NCBI GenBank assembly: GCA_964187785.1
Contig: OZ076409.1
Location: 87,484,001 to 87,548,000 of the forward strand
DNA length: 64,000 nucleotides
Source of the DNA: Amphiscolops sp. MND2022
Lineage: Eukaryota
Direction: 5' to 3'
How positions within the stretch are numbered: the first letter of the stretch is position 1; every line of letters starts with the position of its first letter. Positions 23,869 to 35,199 of this stretch are shown one piece after another. Below the pieces are notes generated by a model, which worked only from the letters and a program-made list of their open reading frames with translations, was not told where the DNA came from and made no database searches. The translations under genes and the position numbers were made by a program.

Positions 23869-26800
23869 CTAGCATTTCTTTACAGGAGTTGAATCTTTCC
23901 CTCCAGAACCTGACTCTTGCGAAGCACGTCGAGCTTCTCGTTTCTGCCTCAACATCCGAGTAACATCACGGGAAGAAGAAGGAGAATACGACAGAGCAGC
24001 AAATAAAGGAGAAGCCTGAGGAGAAACAGCAGACTCCGTACTACTTCCTGCCACAGCAACAGCGGCAGACACACCAACTGACAATGGGGACACAGATGGA
24101 TCCGCAACCACTCCAAGCTCCACCGACGTTTGAGGACTGGCACCAGCAACTGACAATGTCGTAGAGGACGATAACCCAGTAAGAGGAGGCTGACCGGCAC
24201 GACGACGCCACTCCGCAACTTGTCCCAAGTAATACTCATCAAACCGATCCCGCAAACCGCGATAAAGATCTTGACGATTGAGTACATAAAGTGGCTGCCA
24301 TGGAGCGAAACTCTCATTATTCAGGAAATCCTTCCCCACAGGCAAATTGGCCTTTAACTCAAGCAAACAGTCTTTCGTCAACAACTCGCCGGAATTGAAC
24401 CCGGGAGCAGAAATAAACGACTGCACAGCGAAGATGGAAGACAACAAAATCTTCTTGGGGACCCGAACACCGCTCAAAGAGAACTCCACGTCTGGATAAC
24501 GCACCTCACGAGGAATAGCAACCAGAGAAGCCAACTAAACCACATGCGATAAATTCCCGCGACAGCCAAAAGCCTCAGCCTGCTGCATGAACACGAAAGT
24601 GTCCGTGATGGTGCTCACAACACGCCGATTACGACGACGAAGATCCACCAGGAAGGACTTGAACTCATTGCAAGCACCCTCAGCTACAACATTCGTCACT
24701 CGCCCACAATCTTGAAAGCAAGCCATCAGCCCCCGGAACAGCTCCACAGTATAATTCTCATCACCCAGAAGCAACATATCTGGCGCAAAACAACTCAGAT
24801 TAGATGCCAACTGCGAGAGGACAAACGGACAACGTGCCAAAACTTTCAGAAATTCCATCAGTAGACCATGGCAGTCTCGCAAGAAAGATCGTCGACGAGA
24901 GTCAGTAAACCCAGTCATAGCAATGCCGAAAATGCGCTCCCCACGGAAACAATCGACATAAGCCACATTAGGCCAAGTATTCAGAGGTCGACCAATGTAT
25001 TCGCTCCAAGAGTCAATGTCGGGGAGGTCAGACAGTTTCTTCACTTTGCTTAGGACACTCCAATAAAAGAAACAAAATTCGCCATAAGAGCGACAGCTGT
25101 AATCATAAATATCCTGCGCAGAAAGTTTCTGGAAATTAGCCTGGAAGCATGACACCAAAAGGTGCAGCAAGCTCAAACGGGGCAACACCTGGGCATCAGA
25201 CAGGACCATTTGATTCAAATCAGCTGGCGTCCTACTGCGACTGGCAGGAACAACTGACGACTCTTTCAGAAAGGACTGGACATCACCCCAATTGCAGATC
25301 AATTCATCCAGTACTGTACACAAAGAAGCGAAGGGCACTACATTTCGCTGAACACAGCGGCGCAACTCACACATGCCCATAAGCCAGGGCTGATGCGACG
25401 CCTTCCCCAAACGAAGAAGAAGATACTCAACGATTGAGAAAGGGTCCAGGGATCCAGAGCTCGGCCCAGAAGCCTCACGAACATGCTCTTTAAACATCTC
25501 CACAGAATATTCCATCATCAGAAGTGGCACAGGACGATTATCAGCTTTACACCAGTCAGCGAAGACATTGAAAAGGGTTGACGAACACCCTCGCAGTGAT
25601 ACTGGCGTAGTCCCATCAGGAAGAACAGCTAGCAAACGGGACAAACAGGCAATCTCAGCATCACAAATACCAGGTCTCAGAGGCTCCCACAACACACAAA
25701 CTTCATGCAAACTCCCAGCATTCCAACAGTGCACGAAGCATCGAAGCCCATCACAATCCTCACGGAAACTGACACTAAAATGAACGTCTTTACACCAGGA
25801 TTGCACACGACGAATGATTCGGGGGTACAAAGTTTGAGTCAGGACGACAAGAGACTCTGTCTTACTCCAAGTCGAGTGAGCACAGTCGGAGTCAACCGGC
25901 ATAGTGGTACGAAACTGATTCCACAACCTCCTGAGGAAACTGTGGGACCCACCGCTGCGTAGGAGCTCAAAGAGACCCCCTACAAGAGTGGAAGCTGGTA
26001 CATTCGATGCCACGCCAACCAAGGCATCAACCTCATCCTCGACAAAAGGGTTCTTACAGCCGAGCACCACAGCTGGAGTTTTCTCAATTTCGGCACGCAA
26101 CTCAGCCGATATAGAAGAGACTTCCACGGCATCAAAGCGTGATGTGTACACGTAATCTTCATGGTCGAGCCTGTATCGTCGGTCACGCAAGAAATGGGTC
26201 TTACTCCCGAAGTGACGCCAAATTTCCGGTTCTCCTTTGCTCAAGAACGAGATATCCTTGCGACAAATAGCACAATTGAACCCATTCGGATTCTTATCAG
26301 AACGCTGGCTCACAAACAACCGAGGTATAGCATGCTCAGCCATCTCTTTCCGGAGTACATGACGTTCCGTTTGATGTTTCTTCTTTTTCAAGTATGAAGC
26401 ATACAGCTTCCGTTTTGCATCGTCTTCAGCCCCAGCCTCAGATTGATCACGATGTAGGCGAATCCCTTTCGACTTCAGAAGACGCACCACCTCTTCAAGT
26501 TCTAAACACACAATTACACATCTATAAACGCAAAACAGAACCAATACTAACTAAAGACCAATAGAAACAATCACACTACAAGATATAAACAAACCAGTCG
26601 GAAATACAACCAGAAACCAAGGAGAATCAATCAGATGAGGAAACAACCAAACAAGTTACTTACGACGGGTCAAAGAACGAGATTCCAGACGCGACTGACT
26701 CTTCTCCAAGCGAACAGCAGCTTGACCAAACGCCAACACCTGAGAGGAGGAGAGACACACAGCACCCGCCGGAACTTCAGATAAACCAGCTGGAACAGAA

Positions 26801-27845
26801 GCGCAAATACTGAAAGATGAACAATATTACAAACAATACAAGCCACTACCAATCAAAACCTGACAGCCAGAAACATAATGAGAATATTAACCTTTCTCCC
26901 ATTCATTGTGAAGAACAGAAGCCTCCAGTCCTTCTGTGGGCCGAGTATGCTGAGTACGCTCACGCACAGCTCTAGAGGAACTTGCACCAATGACGGAAGC
27001 CCCGTCATCATCCTGAGAAACGCCAGGAACATCGAAGATGGCATCACTTGAAACATCGTCAGCAATTCGAACTCTACGCCCTAAAACATAACCAACAACT
27101 GAACATCAGGGAAAGAAAGGCAATAACCCAGTATCCCAATACCTCCCGACAATCAGCAAAACAAACGAATGCCTACCTTCATTTACTCCAGTAGAAACAT
27201 TGGATGACTCCTCATCACCAGACCCTGTGCCTCCACCAAGTGACATCTCACGAGCACGCTTCGTCGGCTGCTCCTGCGGAACCGAGCCCAAACGCTTACT
27301 GCGCCGAAACACGGAAACAGGTGGCAGTTTGCCAGGGGAGAAATCCTCATCTTTGGAGTCATCAGAGAGACCTACAAAGAATATGAAAGTAGATGAATTG
27401 ACGCGTCAGAATACTAGCTCTCATATCGTTAACTGGCCATTAACGGAATAGCTAAGGACTTACCAGGCTGGTCACGGAGGAAGTCTATATCGTGTCTGGC
27501 ATCACTGCCAGCTGAATGGGTTGAACCACTCTCGCCTTCTCCGTCAGAATCCAGGGTATCATCAGAAGCGCTATCCCTCTCAGTAGCACTTTCTTCCTCG
27601 GAACCATCGTCTATCTCTCCGAATCCAGGAACACGGCGGGCACTTTGTAAGCCAGGACTGTCGCGATCTTCAGTCCCTTCAACTGTTTCCCCTTCTTTTG
27701 AACTCTCCACAATCACAAGACGCGACTCCGGCTCATCACCCTCAACTGACTCATCCCTCCTTCCCACCTCTGCTTCACTTTCGATAATGCCCACCTGGCG
27801 AGACTGCAGAAATCGAGCAGCATCCTCATCAGTAGACTCAGCCAT
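23869..27845 (-). CDS. Antisense 5-exon cargo gene encoding a ~1174-aa BED-like zinc finger / degenerate hAT-transposase-like protein (exons 27845-27464, 27371-27177, 27080-26892, 26789-26664, 26501-23869; in-frame TAG at 24537-24535)
   Basis: Four GT-AG introns (92, 96, 102, 162 nt), all phase 1, join into one 3525-nt frame. Zinc finger CAICRKDISFLSKGEPEIWRHFGSKTH. The hAT similarity was recognised by eye only. Confidence 0.75.
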
Positions 27846-28146
27846 CTCAACTCACGACAAATAACAATGCAAATCTGAAAAGCATCATACAATGTCACCA
27901 ACAGCATTAAAACGAAGACGTGGCGTAAAACCAACGAAATTATTAATATGAAGTATTACTATTATGACGTAATGGAAGTCATTCAGTCTGCCAGCTGAAA
28001 ACTTCCTCAATCACGCAAGCGGCGTGAACAATTACAAAGAACAGAATTATCATTCAATTATTCAGCTATTCCCAAGACGGTCGCTCAGCATTCATCCGCA
28101 ATCTACAACCATATTACTTTTACCAATTACTTTCATCAGTAATTCA

Positions 28147-28785
28147 ATGGCATCTCTTGATCTCAACTTATCAAGCGATAGTTTCATTCTGGAACGCGAC
28201 CAAGCCGCTTATTTGAATAACCCTGCAGCGCAATCAAAACCCAAGACCCTACATAACCCCTATTCGGCAGAACAATCACCTATTATTCAGGATGTGTACG
28301 AAATTAAAAATACAGGGAGGGAACACATCGTGCTTTACCACGAAACAGCCCCAGCTTCAATACTATCAACGGCACAAGAGGACACACTCCCGATCAGAAG
28401 ATTCACCAATGTCAACCCGATTATACCAGATGACATATTTATGAGCCCACCGAGAAATTATGACAACATGAATAGCTGGCTATACAGTCCCAGCGACGGG
28501 GCAATGAGCCCAATTTCTGATACCAGCTCAATTGGCTATTTCTCGGGAAGTGACTGGACAACTGACTCGTCCTGGTTCTCCTATGATTCATTAATACAAT
28601 CAGTGTTCCAACAACCACTTTCGTCGCCGTTTAGACCAGTTTCCCCACTCCCTCCTATACCGGACGCCCCTCACGAAAGCCGGGGACTGTCGCGACCCCA
28701 GAGGTGCCACGGAAATCATATGACAAGAGGAACGCCTGAAGAAGGAAGTGAGGAAACTGACCAGGTCAAGTCAGAATCGCCATGA
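28147..28785 (+). CDS. Ser/Pro-rich 212-aa ORF of unknown function running through the PPT region into the 3' LTR
   Basis: Open frame 28024-28785 with first ATG at 28147; no recognisable domain. Confidence 0.45.
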   Translation: MASLDLNLSSDSFILERDQAAYLNNPAAQSKPKTLHNPYSAEQSPIIQDVYEIKNTGREHIVLYHETAPASILSTAQEDTLPIRRFTNVNPIIPDDIFMSPPRNYDNMNSWLYSPSDGAMSPISDTSSIGYFSGSDWTTDSSWFSYDSLIQSVFQQPLSSPFRPVSPLPPIPDAPHESRGLSRPQRCHGNHMTRGTPEEGSEETDQVKSESP

Positions 28786-30565
28786 ACAAATCTAAAATAG
28801 AAGACCAATAAACAACCTGATACTATTTAAATAACACGCAAAAGTACATTTCCTTCTTCTGTGCCGTACCTAAAATAATAGATATGTAAATAATTATATA
28901 TATTAATAGTGAACGCAGTATTTGTTTAGCCAACGCGCTGACTGAAATCAATTCGATCAACGCGTCGACTGGGGACTCGCCTCAGTGGCAGCAGTAAATT
29001 TCAATAAATCAAACTGTATTAGCCAATCAGATTTGAGCGCAGTTAATACAAATTGAAGAACTGAGGCAACGTCCCAGGCAGCTTACCAGTCCGCTGAAAC
29101 TGGGACGCTTGCTCTGTCAATCTACCTAATCAATCAATCATTAATAATCGATGCTAAATTTTGGATGAATTTTCCGCAGCTTAAAAGAAGCTAAATACCA
29201 AAAGAACATCCAATGGATAATAATCGACGAAGCTTGAAGTATTTTTAACGTGCTCAATCCACCTTGTATTTGAGTCGACTTCCCAGGCAAAGCGCGAACT
29301 TTCTCTAATAAGACAATAGCCTGGACAGATGACCGAACGTATTTAATTAATACATATCTTATAGTTAACCGAATAACAACGTTGCCCCGATAAACGTGAT
29401 ATTTAATAATAATATAGTAAAACAACCCCCAGTGCTATTTTTCCAGCCCCCACATGCAGTGTTTTGTTAATATATAGTTGAGTCAATCGCCCGGTCAACC
29501 GGCCAGGCTACTCTAAATGAAACTCGTTACCTGGAGTTCGCCCAGGATTTTATTGTTAGCTTCAATTAAAGCGCCAATTAACGGCCATAATCATCTGATT
29601 TAGAAGAAATCAGTGCTGTTAATTTATTTATTTGATGTTCCTCTTAATTAACTAGCAGTAAAATTTGGGATTATTCGATGATAATTTCACTTTCCTTTCC
29701 CGCTTCAGTAGCTAGGTTCATGAATTTTCAGTGCCAACTTTGGTTCGGCGTCCTGAATTGGCGGGGAATGAAGAAGAAGTAACGCGGAATTGGGACTCGG
29801 CAGGAAGTGATTCCCACTTTTCCTTTGAAGTGAGTTGAAACTGAAAGCCGAGTCCCGAGGAAGCGGACCTAATTTGGACTTCCTTGCCTCGGATGGACGC
29901 CGAGCTGAACAAGGTGTGAATTCACGCGCGGGATTTATCCCGCGTGTCTAGCGAAAAGTATTTATACCTGAAGCGGGTTAAGGGAAGGACCAGAATATTT
30001 TTATGATTTTTGCAGATCGTTCACTTTCACGGTTGAATATTTTCGTAATTTTCGCTTACTTTGATAATTGTTGCCTTTAAAATTTGTTTGTTATTCTCCT
30101 TCCCAATTTCATAGTGAAGACTTGGATATTAATCATTTGACTAATTGGTATCGTTTGGGAATAGTTCAAGGCCTACAATCGCCAATAATATTTAATTCAG
30201 CTGTTTCCTAACTCTGACATTTTCCCTGAGAAATGCCCGAAAAAACCCAGAAAAGAAAGCTACGGAGTGACCAGAGTACTAGTCAAATGGATGTAGAAAC
30301 AGCTAGTTCGACTAACGACGAAAATGTCTTGCTATCAGATAGAGATTTTGAAGATATCTCTAGTAAAGTCGAAAATAGATTCTCCAAGCGTCTTAGAGAC
30401 ACTGAAGTAAACCAACGTGAAATTCTAAAGCTAATAGAAAATTTGTCATCCAAAGTCGACAACTTAGCTAACGTAAATCCTGGACAAAATTCCTGACTGG
30501 AATCAGTGAAATCCCTAATGACGAATTAGGAGAAGTAGAACCCGCAAGGAGTGTTAACTCCAACA
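28688..30565 (+). repeat. 3' LTR (1878 bp)
   Basis: About 9 substitutions (counted by eye) and a 10-bp deletion (TGACATTCGA) relative to the 5' LTR. Confidence 0.97.
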
Positions 30566-30859
30566 ACTGCTATGAGTAACGAGAATCGTTTTGACATTCT
30601 GAGGACCAACGCTGAAGTAGCCTCTAAATTAGAGCCAAGAATAAGACCCTGCTGCTGTTCACAAAGTGATTCTCGAATGCAATGACAGTTGAATTAATAA
30701 AAAGTATTTCGAGGAGTGGGAACAATGCGGTTGAAGTACGTATTGGACGATAGTTTCTCTCATTCTCGGGTCTCCTGAATTCAAAATACGTTTAATGGTA
30801 AAACAATTCCAGAGGGCACGCATCACGTTTGCTTCAATAATATTGAAAAACTGGGTGTT

Positions 30860-32130
30860 AATAGGTGCTATATTTCAAGACAAAGGTTGAAAATGAACGA
30901 GAGGATAGGAACCGAGATCGAGCAGTTGGAGGAAGCATTGGATTGCAATTCATCAACCACCGAGATTTCGACGATCAAATCCTACCGAAATTTGCGAGTT
31001 TACAACTGTCGGCAAAGGTTGTTCCAGCATTTGCTTTGTGTACAATGTTAAAATAGGAATTGAAGAGATTCGTGTAGTTTTGTTTGACACTGATTTGCAA
31101 TTGACAAGTAAAATGACTGCGAGAGAAAAAACGGAGGCATTTGAAGCAACAGTGGGTAATATCAAGTGATAGACTGCCAATCAAGATATTCTTGTACAGT
31201 TCAATTGAGTTTTGTATGTCCTCCATCAATTTCTATTGAAATGCTGTTTCATAATTGTTTTTGGCAGTTGTATGGAACTTGTGGATCATATGTATAGATT
31301 GTGAAGAGTAAAAACGACATAAGGCTCCTGACATTGATGCAGCTAGATTAGATTTACAGTCAAATTTGATAGTTAATCTATTGAGTTTCAGATGTTCAAT
31401 TTAATTTTTTCTTTCAAATGTTTTTCCACGTTGGTCATTTGATATCTCTACCCCAGAAATTTATGTCTTGTTCCTTGGCCGTCGTTACTTGAAAACAGTG
31501 TCACAAGATACGGTTTCATCTTGTAAATTTTGGATAGACATTTGCGAGCTTCCATTCGGGGGTAAAGCGTACGAGTAGGGTGGGTTTCTTTCATTCATGC
31601 TGGAGCTAATCAAGCCGCGGTGTTGCTTCAATGGAGTAAGTGGGTTCACAAAAATGTTGGAACTGCAGTTTAGAATTTTCAGCTTCAAGAGAACAACAAA
31701 TGCCACCCTTATCCTTAACAAGACCACTCGTTTTAATCTTTCAGCAATTATAAGAGTCATCGCTGGAGGAGCTTAAGTTTTTTTGCGAATGTTTAAGGAT
31801 TGATTTAGTTTCAACAGAAGAACTTTGAATAGACTTCAAAGAAACTTTCATCTCTTAATCTCTTTGGTTTCAATTAAAGATTTGTTCATAGGCTAAGGTT
31901 TGAAGACATTATCCTCATCGTTGCTGCAGCAGCTACTGATCCCAAGACAGCTGCTGATTCTGACCATAAAAGAGACATCATCATGAGAGAGGCCACCACA
32001 AGAGGTATGTTAGCAGATACAGCTATTGTCACAAACAATCTCAGATGCGTCACCATCTCTTACCACTCCTTTGCAGAATCTGCATTTGGATGTGGGTAGA
32101 CGTTTTGTCTGTCATTTGAACAACAACTGT
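30860..32130 (-). mobile_element. Decayed LINE 5' region (PHD-like ORF1, start of endonuclease)
   Basis: CRFC...VCDNSC...HTSC pattern at ~31950-32100 and ILLVNCKSVSNK at ~31100; many stops. Confidence 0.4.
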
Positions 32131-35100
32131 TCAATCGTTATATTGAAACAATTAAACTGTTTTCACAACAATGAAAATTAAGCACAACTGGTATAATTCC
32201 TCAATTGTGAGGACGAAAAGTTTTCATGGGAAACATTGAAAGGTTCTGAACATTGTAATTGAAGTACTTCGGTATCCATTTCGAGCGACCTCACTTATGA
32301 ATTCCACATTAGGCCAATAATACGGACGTTAGCTGTGTTGGCGCATGACATCATAATGATCCAGTAATTATTAGTGCACTTAGCATTGTGGATCAGTCTT
32401 TGCTTTCGAACCAGTCTGCGCGAGTTTGAATGTGTGATTTTTTATTTATCGTTTTGTAAGACCTTTGCACATTTGCTATGTATAACATCCACCAATTATT
32501 GCTCACAAAAGTAAACGCTTATAAGCACGTATGTAAACAACCTGTGGAGATCGGTCTGTTGTCCCTTTGACTTTAAAAGCTCAAGTTGTTTACCAACAAC
32601 CAGTTAATAACAAGTCCCCCAATTTAACTTCTCAGATAATATATCTTCCATTCAAACCGCCAATAATAAACGTTATAAAACACAGTGTTCTTGCATTGAG
32701 ACACGACCCAAGTCATCAGCATCTTTAAGTTCTCTCAATCTCATTTTCGTTTTATGTTGAAAAGAAATTACTGTTTCATTTGATTGTGGTATTGAAGTAT
32801 TCATGTATTGTTTGACCAGATTTAGAAGTATGCTTCATAGCGCAGAAAACACCACATGGTGAGTCATTTCACGTTATCTTTTATTCTCGGTCCCTGTAGC
32901 CTGTAGCCCCTTCTCATTAGACTTGAGTATTGCCAGGTATTACTTGCTGTTATTACTTGCTGTTCGTTGTACAGTGGTTTTTTCTAGCGCATGAGCTATC
33001 GCCTATTCCTTGTTATTCGGGAAAATGCTATTCAACTTGTTTCGGGCACGAGCTTTGCGAGATGCCCATATGGTGACGTTTTTTTCGCAGATTTCGTGAC
33101 ATGTGCCAATTTTTCAAACTTGTGAGGCAAACTTCTCAAAACCCATAACAGATACGGACACCATGTTTTCGCTAGAAGTTGCACAAGATCCTGGGCTACA
33201 TTTTCGCCGAAAAAAGTTTTCGAAAAAAATCGGCTTTATATGTTTTTTTTTCAAAAGAATTTTTGAAAAAAACGCTAGTTTTGACTATTTTTCATCTTTG
33301 ACCCCCTAGATCGCAGAACTGAGACCGAATACAGGTTCCATGGTTTCGTAAATTGTACAAGCGTTTTAAAGGCTACATTTGGGTTTAAAAATGACGTCAA
33401 AATTTTATTCATACTTGGTGTTTTCGGGCAAAAAAGAGGACAAAAAACGTTTCGAAAACCTGTTTCTCATTCGTAGCTCATATTTCTCAGAACTGATAAA
33501 TATACAGAAACCGTTCTCTTTCGAGAAGAACAGCATAGATAAAGGCTACGTTTTGGGCCAACAAAGTTACTGTCATCAAGTATGACGCCTTCTTTCTTTA
33601 CTTGAGCTCATATATATCATGACCGAGACCAAATATGGGGTTCATGGTTTCGTTAATTTTACAAGGCTTATGCAGGCTACGTTTTAGGCTAAACGTGGTG
33701 TCGAAGTTTTTTCCGCTCTGGATGTTTTAGCAAATGAACTAGTGAAAAAAAATTTTGAATTTTTTCCATGTTTTTCCAAGTTGTAGCTGATTTTTCTCAG
33801 AACTGAAAATAGGTACGAAAACCATTCTCCCTCACAAAGTGAGGCAAGTATGTAGGCTATTTTTTGTAATATCAAAGTTTCCGTCATGAAGTATGACGCC
33901 TTCGGGTTTCTGCCAAAAATACATTTTTTCATTTTTCCCAAAAAAAATTTTCCTTAAACTTTTTAGTTTTTTCATCAAAACATCCTCATCTGAGACTGGA
34001 TAAGTTCAAAAGATTGTGACCCTGGAACACAAAGAATTTGTAACACCTTCTGCAGACCATTGAACGTTTCTGCTCGTGCCCAAGCGCGACATGCCGTCGC
34101 GCCTATGTTTCTTCCTCGGCGTTGTTTTTAGCGGCTTGCTTTTTTGAAGCGGTGATACCGGGTTAAGGCGTAAGAACTCAAACAAGGTGCTCGTTACTTC
34201 TAGCAAAAAAGAATAGGTCCGTGCCATCACAGCAGATTAGTCGGTCTCTCCACTCTTGGCCAATCCTCTAATTTCCGTCAAAGTTGCTGAAACAAAATTC
34301 GGATTTGTCTGTACTGTAACTTTATCTCCAGGATTACCGTGAGTTTTGATGATTTTCGGTATAGTTAGAATTCATCCACAGAACATTGTTTTTCAGCTGT
34401 TTATGCAATAGTGTTCATGTTGAGGCCTGTTACAGTTTTTCCGAATTTTCCCATATTCTGCATGTTTTTTCGGTTTTAATTCTCAGATTAGAACTAATCT
34501 GAGTTAGCATTTTGACCTCTTTTTGTTTGTTCACCCTAATCTATTTTGTTTTCAAAGCCTGGTTCTGTTCTTGAACTAAAACTATTTTAAATTTCATTTC
34601 GGATTTTATTATTGATCCTATCATTGGTAAAGACTAACTTTTGTTAGTTGTTCATTCAGTCAACATGAAACCATTCAAAGTCCACAGATAGCAGTCGCGT
34701 CTGTTTTCAGGGTTTTGCCTGGGAAACTTCACCTGGACTTCGAACGATCCCCGATGAGCTGTGGTATAACTCATACGAAAACATGGGGGCCTGTTGGACA
34801 GTTCGTGTCTCGACGTCCAACTGCATATTATTATTATTAATATGAATTTAGTGGGTTGCCACAAGAGGTTTCCACCTCAGAGATCAGTCAGAGTTTCTTC
34901 ATAATTCATAAGTAAATGTCCTGATGAAGTTTCCGCAGTTGTTTATTGTCCAGTCACAATGTGCCTGCCATGTACAGGTTATAGGTTCTTGGTAGCCTCG
35001 ACTAAATATGTCCCAGAGTCATTTCAGTGAGCGGTTTTTCAAGTCAGCAAAATATCTGATGTTGACAGAGGGTGGACATGTGTTTGCCAATCTAGCACTT

Positions 35101-35199
35101 CGGATCCAGAAATTCTGTGCACATTTCTTGTTCCAGGGTCTTTCGCACTAAAACGTATTTGAAGTTACAAACCGGGTTGAGTAGTGTTAAGCGTTTGTC

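Larger units (their letters stand above)
15279..30565 (+). mobile_element. Full-length 15.3-kb Ty3/gypsy LTR retrotransposon (element 2) with extra 3' genes
   Basis: Two near-identical TG...CA LTRs, PBS, gag, PR-RT-RH-IN; flanks GCTGC/ACTGC (4/5 match as a TSD). Confidence 0.97.

Noticed and set aside
24535..26544. 669-aa ORF as env or as a standalone gene starting at 26544
   Set aside because: It is antisense, has no signal/TM layout, and its hydrophobic start lies in predicted intron 4.
32690..32745. CTGATGA on the minus strand suggesting a hammerhead ribozyme
   Set aside because: The required GAAA core is missing; at most a decayed remnant.
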